Part shown: positions 38,959-49,114 of the stretch, piece by piece | How positions within the stretch are numbered: position 1 is the stretch's first letter | How the letters are laid out: each line of letters begins with the position of its first letter | Origin: Bacteroidota bacterium | Lineage (GTDB): Bacteria > Bacteroidota > Bacteroidia > AKYH767-A > OLB10 | Reading direction: 5' to 3' | Length of the DNA stretch: 59,350 nucleotides | NCBI GenBank assembly: GCA_024638565.1 | Contig: JAHEKC010000007.1 | Location: forward strand, 1 to 59,350 | Position numbers and translations under genes: made by a program | Notes under the pieces: generated by a model | The model's database searches: none | Seen by the model: the letters and a program-made list of their open reading frames with translations, nothing else | What the model was told of the DNA's origin: nothing

Positions 38959-41496
38959 TTATCGTTCCGGAGCGTATACCAGCCTGACGGATTTGCGATG
39001 TTTACCCGCCCGCAGCTCCAGTAAGTACACGCCGCCTGCAAGCCCGCTTCCGGAGAGGTTCAGGTTGACGGAGTGGTTGCCCGGCATGGTGACACCGCCT
39101 GGCGCGGCAAGCTGCATGATCTCCGCACCCATGAGGTTATAGAGCCTGATCGATACAGGCATGGCTTCCGCAAGACTGAAGTGGATGGTGGTTTCGTCGC
39201 TGAACAGGTTCGGGCTGGCGCTCACCAATGGACCGTCCAGCGGCAGCAGTTCCGGCACGCCCGTGGTCAGGAAGTGGGCCACGATGGTATCCGTAGATCC
39301 CAGGCTGACAGCCGCCTGGATGGAAGTGGCTGAAGGGTTAAAGGCATGAGCACCGGAGGTCCACTGGGAGAACTGGTTTCCGCCCGTGGGCACTGCTTCC
39401 AGTTTCGTATCAATCCCACTGAAATACTGTCCTGTCCAGGGCAGGTTCTGCAGTGACAGCGAGTTGAGGTTTGCATATCCCGCTCCTTTCGGTGCCGCCT
39501 CAATGGTGACCTGGTGCAGGGCGCCCAGGTTGTAGCAGTTCTGCCAGCCGGGAATGAGGGTTGTGCAGCGCGCCACGATAAAGGCACGCAGGTCGGCTAC
39601 ATTCTGGACCCACTGGGCATAGGTGCCACCCCACCGGGTGCTGTGCCAGGTCATCTCCGGGTCTATTACGGCCACAGTACTGTCGAACTGCGCCAGCATG
39701 TTGTCGCACCTGAACGTGGTATTCCAAAGGTCTAGTTGTCGTGCAATGTAGAACTGGTTGAAATCCGGGTTTTGCCTGAGCGCCAGCAACACGCCGATAT
39801 GGTCATCGGGATCCGAATTGCCATTGAGGGTTTCCGGATCGCACGGGCTTGCCGTGGGTGTCGTGTTCGGGATACCCGTGTAGTTGATGTAGTGGCCCCA
39901 GGTGGCATCGTTATCCCAGAGCTGGTAGCCCCATTTCAGGTGGGTACCGGTACTGTCGAGCCCGCGCCACCAGCAGACATTCCAGTTCAGCCAGTCGGAA
40001 CAAACGGAGAACATATTGGCAAGCACATAGTCTGTGAGGCTTGCCACGTCCAGACGGTCGTAAACGTATTGGTAGCTTGCAGGGTTCGCCATGCTGTTAC
40101 CCATGATGTAGTTGTACAGGTTCAGCCAGTCTGTATTGGCTGCCGCCCCGCCATACTCGGACCATTTGTTGCCCCATCGCTTGAGCATGTACAAATTGTA
40201 CTTGTCCTGCCCGTAATAAAACTTGGTGAGGTCATGGTTATCGGGGTTGTCGCGAATATCGTACACCCCCCAGTAGATGTTGTTCAGGTATACGATGGCC
40301 TTTGAGCCTCTCCGGACTTCCATGTTCATTCCGCCGGAAAGCACCAGGTTATGCAGGTAGGCATCCCGGACATGCGCGCTCCCGCTGTTGGCGGGCTTGA
40401 AGTCGGCCGGGAAGTTGTCGTCACCGGCCGCGCGAAGCATCACCCGCTGGAAGTTATCCATGGTGGTGGTACTGAAGAGCGGGTGTTCGACCGAATGGTT
40501 GTACCCCATCTCGTCCCTCGAGATGAAGTCGAGGCTGCGCTGGCTCAGGGCCCAGGAATCCTGCCCGTGACGGTTGAACTCACCGTATGTATTGGACTTA
40601 CGTACCCCGGAGGTATCAAACAGTTCGAATGTCCCGTGCGGCTCCAGGTTGCCGTTACCGTTGGCAAGCGCATCCAGACTGTTGCCTGCGATCGAAACCA
40701 CCGGCAGGGTATGTGTCTGCCCAATGAAATAGGTATGGAACTCGATCCTGCTGGGAAGGATGGATGGGTCGGACGAATAGGTGATGGCTTTTAATACGGT
40801 AGTGTTCGCAATGGAAAGAGGGCCGGTATATAAAGGGGAGGTGATGGTAGGCCGTGTGCCATCTATGGTATAGCGAATATCGGACGCCGGCTCTGTGTTG
40901 GTGATGATCACGGTGATGCCCGTGGGATAGAACCCGGCTACCATGCTGTAGTCGGGCCTGTCTGCATACCCGGCATAAGGGGTACCGGTATCATTGGTGG
41001 CCCCGAAGGTGGGACTTACGAAAATGGCCCATGTGGGCGAACCGTCTTTCACACGACCCCGGGAGTGGCCCAGGTGGGTGTTGGGCGACATGTAGGTGTA
41101 ATCAATAATATTCATGGAGGCGTCTGACAGCATCACGTATTCACCGTTGTTCTTGGTCTGTGTCAGATTAAAGTTGGTATGGTAATGGCCGCCCGCCACT
41201 TCGTTTCGGCCATCGCACCATACGATAAGGTACCCTCCTGCGGGGATGGTCGTGCCGGCGGGAAACTGCCAGCGTGTCAGGTTGAGCGAATCGTCGCTCA
41301 GGTAATACCCGCCGATGTTGGCCCCCGTGGCGCCCATGTTGTGAAGTTCCACCCAGTCGCCGAAGTCACTGTGGTTATCCACGAACTGGTCGAGGTTGGA
41401 ACATGAGTACTCGTTGATGACGACCTGCGCCCGCGCGCCGGCCCATATGCTCATACATACTAAAAAAAGGATCGTTTTCCTGGAAATCATTTTCAT
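38959..41496 (-). CDS. Secreted CotH-family kinase with N-terminal lamin-tail domain, FN3-associated/chitobiase-like domain and T9SS CTD
   Basis: QVVINEY...DWVELHN; IRYTIDGTRP; RHGQDSW, MLRAAGDD, VRD, YWGVYDIRD, SDWLNWN, LWDNDATWG; CTD LAGGVYLLEL. Confidence 0.88.
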   Translation of the reverse strand: MKMISRKTILFLVCMSIWAGARAQVVINEYSCSNLDQFVDNHSDFGDWVELHNMGATGANIGGYYLSDDSLNLTRWQFPAGTTIPAGGYLIVWCDGRNEVAGGHYHTNFNLTQTKNNGEYVMLSDASMNIIDYTYMSPNTHLGHSRGRVKDGSPTWAIFVSPTFGATNDTGTPYAGYADRPDYSMVAGFYPTGITVIITNTEPASDIRYTIDGTRPTITSPLYTGPLSIANTTVLKAITYSSDPSILPSRIEFHTYFIGQTHTLPVVSIAGNSLDALANGNGNLEPHGTFELFDTSGVRKSNTYGEFNRHGQDSWALSQRSLDFISRDEMGYNHSVEHPLFSTTTMDNFQRVMLRAAGDDNFPADFKPANSGSAHVRDAYLHNLVLSGGMNMEVRRGSKAIVYLNNIYWGVYDIRDNPDNHDLTKFYYGQDKYNLYMLKRWGNKWSEYGGAAANTDWLNLYNYIMGNSMANPASYQYVYDRLDVASLTDYVLANMFSVCSDWLNWNVCWWRGLDSTGTHLKWGYQLWDNDATWGHYINYTGIPNTTPTASPCDPETLNGNSDPDDHIGVLLALRQNPDFNQFYIARQLDLWNTTFRCDNMLAQFDSTVAVIDPEMTWHSTRWGGTYAQWVQNVADLRAFIVARCTTLIPGWQNCYNLGALHQVTIEAAPKGAGYANLNSLSLQNLPWTGQYFSGIDTKLEAVPTGGNQFSQWTSGAHAFNPSATSIQAAVSLGSTDTIVAHFLTTGVPELLPLDGPLVSASPNLFSDETTIHFSLAEAMPVSIRLYNLMGAEIMQLAAPGGVTMPGNHSVNLNLSGSGLAGGVYLLELRAGKHRKSVRLVYAPER

Positions 41497-41663
41497 GGTA
41501 GTTGGAAATTAGGGTTTGCCGGTTACAAATAGATCACATACCGTTCATGCAAAGTAAACATAAAAAAACAATGCAACCGTAAAGCACGGTCAACCATAAG
41601 AGGCTGATGATCAGTCTCAAAGACAGGCAAGCTTCCCCGGGAAACGCTTCCGGCTAACGCCCC

Positions 41664-43124
41664 TTATTGTCGTTCGTAGGCTCCCAGGTCGGGATCTGAG
41701 GTACGGTCCCTGCCCAGGAAATCCTCCATTGTTTCCGGGACCAGCCATGCCGGATCGGCAATATCGAGCGCCGGCGAACCGGCATTCAGGCGGAAATCGT
41801 TGTCTCCCGTTGCCTTGAAAAGCGGGTCGCTGTTCGTGAGGATATCCTCGAAATGGTTGATATCAGTGACCGGTGTGGTACCATCCACTTTCACCAGGCA
41901 ATCGTAAAAGTTATGTGCAGATGCGGCAGATGCTTCAAAGTCCAGTTCAAGTTCGTTGTCGGCCGTTCCGTAGATAATGCAATTCCGGAACGTGGCCTTA
42001 ACGAGGTCGTTGCCCATGGTACCGGTAGTGCTGTTGTAAAAGTTGTTGATGTACACAACCGGTGCGCTGCGCTGGGCCGGGAAGTAATTGGCAAACGTAC
42101 ATTGGTTAAACTCGTACGAACCGCCGATTGTCAGTGCCATGTTATTGGATCCGCAGTTGCCGACAACCATGTTGTATCCCGTAACTGTATAGTCACGTGC
42201 CAGCATTCCTATGCCACTGGCATTTTTCACGATCGTATTCCTGATCTCGAGGGTCGCCTGGTTTTGGCCGTAGGGAGAAAGGAAGTTCTCGGGCTGGAGC
42301 CCGATGAATGAATTTTTAATTACGGCATTCCGGATGAGGTGCTGGTTGCCTACCCCCCCTTCGTTGATCCATATCCGGTCCCATTGCCCGGGAACGTTGT
42401 CATAAGCTGGTTCCAGCCGCGTACCCTGGAACGTAACGGGATGCTCCACGCTGCCCAGGACCTCCAGCGTGCCATACCGGTATACCCAAAGCCCGGCGCC
42501 CTGGAAGAAGTGGATCCGCGTGCCTTCATGGATCCGGAGTGTATAGCAGGAGTCGACCACCGCATAACCATATACCACGTGCGGCAGGATACTGTCCCAC
42601 TCTATCACGCTGCACGGCGGCAGGGTGTCGCCGTCTATCACGGAATACGGCAGGCCGCCGAAACTGCGGTCCGGGATATGAAAGATGGCATTCTGCCCGA
42701 ATGCCAGCAGGTCCACATCCTGGACCGATCCTTCGCTTTCAAATAGGATGGAGTCTGTCACCAGGAATGGCGTGGCGGCGTTATTGGGATCGATGGTCAC
42801 CTCGATAAAAATCCACAGGCTGTCTTTCGGGCCTATCACCACGTCGTGAACCGTGTGTCCGGGTACGCCATCCACGTTCATCCTGTACGAAGATGCAGCG
42901 CCACGTGCCAGCCGGATGGTGGAGATCCTGACCGCTGAACCCTGGTTGTTGTATACCAGGAGGAATTCCGTGGTGGATCCCAGGGTGGTGAATACGGTAT
43001 CAAACAGGATCGTATCCTCAGAAAACTCCAGGTTGACCGCATTCCCGGTAAGCACATCATCCTCCTTTTTACAGGAGCCGGCGAGCAATGCCAGGGCGAA
43101 GGCTGCGGGTATCCACTTTCTCAT
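41664..43124 (-). CDS. Lipoprotein with Ig-like and right-handed beta-helix (pectin-lyase-like) domains
   Basis: LAGSC-KK lipobox; LEFSEDTILFDTVF; PGQWDRI; FNQCTFAN; DFRLNAGSPALD; PDLGAYE; TATCTTTG at 43139-43132. Confidence 0.8.
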   Translation of the reverse strand: MRKWIPAAFALALLAGSCKKEDDVLTGNAVNLEFSEDTILFDTVFTTLGSTTEFLLVYNNQGSAVRISTIRLARGAASSYRMNVDGVPGHTVHDVVIGPKDSLWIFIEVTIDPNNAATPFLVTDSILFESEGSVQDVDLLAFGQNAIFHIPDRSFGGLPYSVIDGDTLPPCSVIEWDSILPHVVYGYAVVDSCYTLRIHEGTRIHFFQGAGLWVYRYGTLEVLGSVEHPVTFQGTRLEPAYDNVPGQWDRIWINEGGVGNQHLIRNAVIKNSFIGLQPENFLSPYGQNQATLEIRNTIVKNASGIGMLARDYTVTGYNMVVGNCGSNNMALTIGGSYEFNQCTFANYFPAQRSAPVVYINNFYNSTTGTMGNDLVKATFRNCIIYGTADNELELDFEASAASAHNFYDCLVKVDGTTPVTDINHFEDILTNSDPLFKATGDNDFRLNAGSPALDIADPAWLVPETMEDFLGRDRTSDPDLGAYERQ

Positions 43125-43309
43125 GAACGGGCAAAGATAGAAACTGCAATTCCCCGGATTTAGTATCAATGCAGATCGCGCGGTTACCCCTGGGAAGGCC
43201 GTGCGCGTTCTTTTCCTGATACTTCAAAACCAGGCTTTTCCGCAATTTTCTTTTTTTATTACGGGGTTTGGTCGTGTCGCATGATTCTCTATATTTGCAG
43301 TACAGATTT

Positions 43310-43576
43310 ATGAAAGAAGGCATTCATCCCAAGAGTTACCGTCCGGTCGTTTTCAAGGACATTTCTTGTGATTACACATTCCTCAGCCGCTCCTGCGCGG
43401 AAACCAAGGATACGATCAAGTGGACTGACGGAAAAGAATATCCGCTTATAAAGCTGGAGATTTCTTCAGCTTCTCACCCGTATTATACCGGCAAAATGAA
43501 GCTGGTCGATACAGCAGGCCGTGTGGACAAGTTCCGCACCCGCTATGGCAAGAAAAAGCCTGCTGATAAAAAATAA
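43310..43576 (+). CDS. rpmE2: 50S ribosomal protein L31 type B
   Basis: [15 protein letters not shown] and [13 protein letters not shown]...GRVDKF; no CxxC motifs; TATATTTG at 43290-43297. Confidence 0.95.
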   Translation: MKEGIHPKSYRPVVFKDISCDYTFLSRSCAETKDTIKWTDGKEYPLIKLEISSASHPYYTGKMKLVDTAGRVDKFRTRYGKKKPADKK

Positions 43577-43606
43577 CGTTTTCATGGCTATTAGTTTTTA
43601 AAGGTT

Positions 43607-43634
43607 AGCCCGCCTCCGGCGGGCTTTCTTTATT
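43607..43634 (+). terminator. Intrinsic terminator after rpmE2
   Basis: AGCCCGCC/GGCGGGCT stem plus T-rich tail. Confidence 0.8.
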
Positions 43635-43775
43635 AATGAGACCGGCCATTCACAAGCCCGCAGGGTGCGGTGAATGGCCATGGTCGAATTAAAGCATAGC
43701 TGGTAAGAACAACACATACCGCAATCGCGTCACTTTAAATTACGAAGCCCGGAAAACCCTATTTTCGTGAACCCC

Positions 43776-44948
43776 ATGAATTACATTCTCTGCGATATCG
43801 ATCGCGAGCACTTTTTCCCGTTCACCATCACGAAACCGGTCGCCGATTTGCGGGTGGGTATCCTCACCATCCGGGAAAAATGGGAATGCTTCCTCGGGGA
43901 ACGGCTTTCCACGGTCACTGAGCCGTACCTCATACCGAAGTTTCCTTCGCGGAAAGCAGCTCAAAATACCTGTATCAATGCATCTGTTTTGCCGGACACG
44001 CATCTCGTCGAAGCGATCCGGTCCCTGCACAACGGCGAATCGCTCTGGCGCGGAAAGTTGTTCATCGCCGCATGTGGCGGAAAGGATATGATCGCCTTCC
44101 CTCCCGTTGAAATGCTCCGTGCCGGTAAAAAGAAAAGCTATCGCCGTAAGGCCGGTCACCTGCAACGCATCTGGGACCTGTTCCTGCATAACGACGCGCA
44201 GATCCGGGCCGATTTCGACTTGCTTACCGCTGGACGTAAATCCGCTGCCATCCCGAAAAGCGTCAGCGTACGCAACAAAAGCCAGGTATTCATTGAACCG
44301 GGCGCCGTGGTTACCGATTCCGTACTGAATGCCGGTACCGGGCCCATTTATATCGGCGCCGACGCCGAGGTCATGGAAGGATGTACGGTCCGGGGGCCAT
44401 TCGCCCTTTGTTCGCATGGGGTCCTGAAGATGGGTGCCCGTATTTACGGGGCCACTACCCTGGGGCCCTGGTGCAAGGCGGGCGGGGAGATCAACAACAG
44501 CATCATGTCCGGGTACTCCAACAAGGCGCACGAGGGTTTCCTGGGAAATTCCGTCATCGGCGAATGGTGTAACCTGGGTGCCGGCACCAACAACTCCAAC
44601 CTGAAAAACAATTACAGTGATGTGTCCGTTTGGAATTTCAGGAGCGGGGGAATGAAAACTTCCGGGCTCCGGTTTTGCGGCCTGTTTATGGGAGACTATT
44701 CCAGGTCCGGCATCGATACCATGTTCAATACCGGTACGGTCACCGGGGTCAGCGCCAATATTTTCGGTGGCGGCTTTCCACCAAAGTTTATCCCGTCGTT
44801 TTCATGGGGTGGCGCTGAAGGATTTGAGCGGTACAGGCCCGCCAAGGCCATGGAAGCCGTGGCAGCCATGTACAAACGTCGCGGTAAGAGATTCGGAAAA
44901 AAGGACAGTGATCTTTTCAGGGTACTTTATAAACGCAGGGACATCTGA
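43776..44948 (+). CDS. GlmU-like sugar nucleotidyltransferase/hexapeptide-repeat protein
   Basis: PFTITKPVADLRVGILTIREKW; NKAHEGFLGNSVIGEWCNLGA left-handed beta-helix. Confidence 0.85.
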   Translation: MNYILCDIDREHFFPFTITKPVADLRVGILTIREKWECFLGERLSTVTEPYLIPKFPSRKAAQNTCINASVLPDTHLVEAIRSLHNGESLWRGKLFIAACGGKDMIAFPPVEMLRAGKKKSYRRKAGHLQRIWDLFLHNDAQIRADFDLLTAGRKSAAIPKSVSVRNKSQVFIEPGAVVTDSVLNAGTGPIYIGADAEVMEGCTVRGPFALCSHGVLKMGARIYGATTLGPWCKAGGEINNSIMSGYSNKAHEGFLGNSVIGEWCNLGAGTNNSNLKNNYSDVSVWNFRSGGMKTSGLRFCGLFMGDYSRSGIDTMFNTGTVTGVSANIFGGGFPPKFIPSFSWGGAEGFERYRPAKAMEAVAAMYKRRGKRFGKKDSDLFRVLYKRRDI

Positions 44949-45068
44949 TTCATGGCAGCCCGGCTGCATCAAGTGCTATTACCGCACGAAGGTGGCACAG
45001 CTATTGAAATAGGGGGCTTTTGCCCAATTGAGACGTATAGTTTGACAAATTGACACAGAGATATTTAC

Positions 45069-47555
45069 ATGTTTGAAGATCAAAAAAAGGCCCAACAGCT
45101 TGTTATTGGAGGGATTGCGGATGATGACGGGGACCTGATTCCGCTTTTGACCCCGGGTGACGAGGAATCCATTAATGCTGAAAAAATACCCGATGTACTG
45201 TCAATATTGCCGCTTAAAAATACAGTGCTTTTTCCAGGGGTGGTGATTCCCATTACCGTGGGCCGTGACAAGTCCATCAGCCTTATCAAGGATGCATACA
45301 AGGGAAGCAAGATCATCGGAGTTGTGTCGCAGAAGGACGCCTCTATTGAAGATCCTGAATTCAAAGACCTGAACAAGGTAGGGTCAGTGGCATTCATCCT
45401 GAAGATGCTGCGCATGCCTGACGGCAACACCACGGTTATCATTCAGGGCAAAAGGAGATTCGAAACCACAGAGGAGGTGCAGACGGATCCGTATATGAAG
45501 GCGAGAATCAACCCGCTGCCTGACACCAAGCCGCCAAAAGGAGAAAAGGAGTTCCTGGCGCTCGTGGATTCCCTCAAGGACATCTCGAACCAGATCATCC
45601 AGCAGTCCCCCAATATCCCCTCGGAAGCCGGATTTGCACTCAGGAACATCGAAAGCCCCGGGTTCCTGATCAACTTCATATCATCAAACATGAACGCCGA
45701 TGTGTCCCAGAAGCAGGAACTGCTGGAACTCGTCGATGTGAAGGCACGGGCCACCCGCCTGCTGGAACTCCTGACCAAGGAATTGCAGATGCTGGAACTC
45801 AAAAACCAGATTCAATCCAAGGTCAAGGGAGACATCGACAAACAGCAACGCGAATATTTCCTGAATCAGCAGCTGCGGACCATACAGGAGGAACTCGGCG
45901 GCACACCCGTGGACAAGGAGCTGAACGAACTGAAGGAACGGGCCTCCAAGAAAAAGTGGAGCAAGGAGGTGGCCGAGGTATTTCAAAAGGAGGTGGAACG
46001 GCTGGGCCGCATCAACCCTGCCGCTGCCGAATATTCCGTCACGCTGAATTACCTGGACCTGCTGCTGGACCTGCCCTGGAATGAATTTTCAAAGGACAAT
46101 TTCGACCTGAAACACGCACAGAAGGTCCTGGACAAGGACCATTACGGGCTCGAAAAGATAAAAGCACGCATCATGGAGTACCTGGCCGTGCTGAAGCTGA
46201 AAGGCAATATGAAATCGCCTATCATGTGCCTGGTGGGCCCTCCCGGGGTGGGCAAGACTTCGCTTGGCAAGAGCATCGCCGCCGCGCTGGGCCGTAAGTA
46301 TGTGCGCATGTCGCTCGGTGGCTTGCGGGACGAAGCGGAAATACGGGGACACCGCAAGACCTATATCGGTGCCATGCCCGGGCGCATCATCCAGAATATC
46401 AAGAAAGCCAAATCCAGCAATCCTGTATTCGTGCTGGACGAGGTGGACAAGCTTACAAGCGACTTCCACGGTGATCCGTCATCCGCGTTGCTCGAGGTGC
46501 TCGACCCGGAACAGAACAACGCTTTTTACGACAATTTCGTCGAGATCGAATACGATCTTTCAAACGTGCTGTTCATCGCTACAGCCAATACGCTGAGCAC
46601 GATCCAGCCCGCCCTGCGTGACCGGATGGAGATCGTCCAGCTGGACGGCTACACGGTGGAGGAGAAAGTCCAGATTGCACTCAGGCACCTGGTACCGAAA
46701 CAGCTGAGGGCGCATGGCGTGAAGAAAAAGCAGGTGCAGTTCAATGGCGCTGTTATCGAATCAATCATTGACAAGTATACGAGTGAATCCGGTGTACGAA
46801 GCCTGGAACGGAATATCGCTTCGGTAATCAGATTCCTGGCCAAGTCCATTGCGATGAACGAAGCATATGAATCCAGGGTAAGCATAGACCGGCTGGGTGA
46901 TATCCTGGGACCCCCAAGGTTTATCAAGGACCGGTGGCTGGACAATACGCATGCCGGGGTGGTGACCGGGCTGGCGTGGACGCCTAACGGCGGTGATATC
47001 CTTTTTATCGAAACAAGCCTTAATCCCGGCAAGGGAAAGCTGGCGCTCACCGGCAACCTCGGGGATGTGATGAAAGAATCGGCCGCGATAGCGCTGGCAT
47101 ATGTCAAGGCGCATGCGGGCGACCTGGGCCTGGAGCCGGGTGTATTCGATTCCAATGACATCCATCTGCATGTGCCGGAGGGTGCCACGCCCAAGGATGG
47201 CCCTTCGGCGGGCATTACCATGCTTACCTCCCTGGCCTCCGCCTTCACCCAGCGCAAGGTCAAGAAGAAGATGGCCATGACAGGTGAGATCACCCTCCGC
47301 GGCCGGGTGCTTCCCGTGGGCGGGATCAAGGAGAAGATTCTGGCAGCCAAACGGGCCGGAATCAGCACGATTGTCCTGAGTGCCGATAACAGGAAGGACG
47401 TGGATGACATCAAGGAAGATTACCTTAAAGGCCTGAAATTCCACTATGTAGAGGAGATGATCGAGGTTCTCGATTTCGCCCTGCTGCGGGAAAAGGTCAG
47501 GGACGCCAGGATGCCGGCCGTGGGCCCTGCCAGGCCCGGAAACGGCATAAAATAA
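45069..47555 (+). CDS. lon: ATP-dependent Lon protease
   Basis: [22 protein letters not shown] and VGGIKEK. Confidence 0.98.
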   Translation: MFEDQKKAQQLVIGGIADDDGDLIPLLTPGDEESINAEKIPDVLSILPLKNTVLFPGVVIPITVGRDKSISLIKDAYKGSKIIGVVSQKDASIEDPEFKDLNKVGSVAFILKMLRMPDGNTTVIIQGKRRFETTEEVQTDPYMKARINPLPDTKPPKGEKEFLALVDSLKDISNQIIQQSPNIPSEAGFALRNIESPGFLINFISSNMNADVSQKQELLELVDVKARATRLLELLTKELQMLELKNQIQSKVKGDIDKQQREYFLNQQLRTIQEELGGTPVDKELNELKERASKKKWSKEVAEVFQKEVERLGRINPAAAEYSVTLNYLDLLLDLPWNEFSKDNFDLKHAQKVLDKDHYGLEKIKARIMEYLAVLKLKGNMKSPIMCLVGPPGVGKTSLGKSIAAALGRKYVRMSLGGLRDEAEIRGHRKTYIGAMPGRIIQNIKKAKSSNPVFVLDEVDKLTSDFHGDPSSALLEVLDPEQNNAFYDNFVEIEYDLSNVLFIATANTLSTIQPALRDRMEIVQLDGYTVEEKVQIALRHLVPKQLRAHGVKKKQVQFNGAVIESIIDKYTSESGVRSLERNIASVIRFLAKSIAMNEAYESRVSIDRLGDILGPPRFIKDRWLDNTHAGVVTGLAWTPNGGDILFIETSLNPGKGKLALTGNLGDVMKESAAIALAYVKAHAGDLGLEPGVFDSNDIHLHVPEGATPKDGPSAGITMLTSLASAFTQRKVKKKMAMTGEITLRGRVLPVGGIKEKILAAKRAGISTIVLSADNRKDVDDIKEDYLKGLKFHYVEEMIEVLDFALLREKVRDARMPAVGPARPGNGIK

Positions 47556-47622
47556 TTCAAAAGGACAGCAATATTCCCAGGGGCATGCCGTTATAAGGCC
47601 ATGAACTCACCAAATTATACAT

Positions 47623-47874
47623 ATGGGAAAAACGTCTACCACGAATGATCTGATTCTTTACCTCTACAACGAAACACCACTTACCGAAACGGTCCTGATC
47701 CAAAAGGACATCGACACAGATCCCGCCACAGAAGCGGAATTCGAAAGCCTGAAAAAGGCACAGCATTTACTGGATTGTATGTTGGAACGGCCGGCAAACA
47801 GTTGCCTGAGAAGCATCATGCGCTATTCCGGTCGCACGAGCCGGGGCCGGAAATCCCGTGCGGTGACGCATTGA
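47623..47874 (+). CDS. Small conserved hypothetical protein (anti-sigma N-terminal-like)
   Basis: NDLILYLYNET...I...D helical pattern resembling small Bacteroidota proteins usually found after ECF sigma genes. Confidence 0.6.
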   Translation: MGKTSTTNDLILYLYNETPLTETVLIQKDIDTDPATEAEFESLKKAQHLLDCMLERPANSCLRSIMRYSGRTSRGRKSRAVTH

Positions 47875-47926
47875 TCCGGACCTGTTGTTTTCGTTAAATT
47901 GGCGGTCCTTCAACCGCCGGATTCCA

Positions 47927-48625
47927 TTGCGTAAAGCTGATCGCTACAGGTATATCCTTTCCTGGTTCGAACATCACGCGCCCGCTCCCGAAACGGAGCT
48001 GATGTACGAAAATCCATACCAGTTGCTCGTGGCAGTAATCCTGTCGGCGCAATGCACTGACAAGCGCGTGAACATGACCACGCCTGATTTTTTCAGGGCT
48101 TTTCCGGATGTCGAGACCCTTGCCGCGCACAGTGACCGGGAGATATACCCGTTAATCAGGAGCATCAGCTACCCCAATAACAAGGCACGGCACCTCGCGG
48201 GCATGGCACGCATGCTTCGTGACCAATTCACTTCCGAGGTTCCTTCCACGGTGGAGGAACTGCAGCAGCTGCCCGGGGTCGGCAGGAAAACTGCCAATGT
48301 AATTGCATCTGTCGTTTTTGAAAAAGCAGCCATGGCCGTTGACACGCATGTATTCAGGGTATCGGCCCGAACAGGGCTTACCACCAATGCACGTACCCCA
48401 CTTGCGGCTGAGCGGCAGCTGGTACGACATATCCCGGAAGAGAAGGTTCGTCTCGCCCACCACTGGCTGATCCTTCACGGCCGGTATGTCTGCAAGGCAC
48501 GCCGGCCGCAGTGCGAATCCTGCGGCATTCGGAGCTGGTGCAAGTATTATGAGGCCCTCGTCAAACGAACCGGCATTAAAGGGCGTGCGGTGAAACGGGC
48601 TTCCCCAAAAAAACAAGTCAAGTGA
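47927..48625 (+). CDS. nth: Endonuclease III
   Basis: LSAQCTDKRVN, LPGVGRKTANV, VDTHV and CKARRPQCESC...C. TTG start at 47927 is inferred. Confidence 0.96.
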   Translation: MRKADRYRYILSWFEHHAPAPETELMYENPYQLLVAVILSAQCTDKRVNMTTPDFFRAFPDVETLAAHSDREIYPLIRSISYPNNKARHLAGMARMLRDQFTSEVPSTVEELQQLPGVGRKTANVIASVVFEKAAMAVDTHVFRVSARTGLTTNARTPLAAERQLVRHIPEEKVRLAHHWLILHGRYVCKARRPQCESCGIRSWCKYYEALVKRTGIKGRAVKRASPKKQVK

Positions 48626-49107
48626 AAACCTTCCTGATAACCACGCTGCTCATTTCCCTATCTTGCAGTTTACTGAGGGCGCAGTCCGCCACAGGCCGCC
48701 CGCAAACCGAAGAAAAGGTGAACTATAAACGAGTTGTTATCAAATCGGAACAGGCCCCGGAGCCTATTGGCGCGTACAGCCAGGCGGTTCGGGCTGGAAA
48801 CCTGCTTTATGTATCAGGGCAAATTGCGATCGACCCTGTAACAGGTGAATTGATCAAAGCCAATATCAGTGTCGAAACCAGGCAGGTGATGCGCAACATC
48901 AAAGCTATTCTGGAAGAAGCAGGAAGCGGGATGCACCAGGTTATCAAATCAACCATCTTTCTCAGGGACCTGGAACAGTTCGGAGTGGTAAACGAGGTTT
49001 ACGAAAGCTATTTCGAGGACACCTATCCCGCCCGCGAGACCGTGCAGGTAGCCCGGTTGCCCAAAGACGTAAGCCTGGAAATTTCAGTCATTGCCTGGGT
49101 CGACTGA
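48622..49107 (+). CDS. RidA/YjgF family imine deaminase with N-terminal signal peptide
   Basis: PIGAYSQAV, YVSGQI, PAR (catalytic Arg) and LPK..LEI; hydrophobic N-terminus ending LRA-Q. Confidence 0.9.
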   Translation: MKTFLITTLLISLSCSLLRAQSATGRPQTEEKVNYKRVVIKSEQAPEPIGAYSQAVRAGNLLYVSGQIAIDPVTGELIKANISVETRQVMRNIKAILEEAGSGMHQVIKSTIFLRDLEQFGVVNEVYESYFEDTYPARETVQVARLPKDVSLEISVIAWVD

Positions 49108-49114
49108 AACGGTT

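Noticed and set aside
31338-41496. CotH genes as evidence of sporulation
   Set aside because: Both have signal peptides and T9SS CTDs in a non-sporulating phylum; the name reflects only the kinase family.
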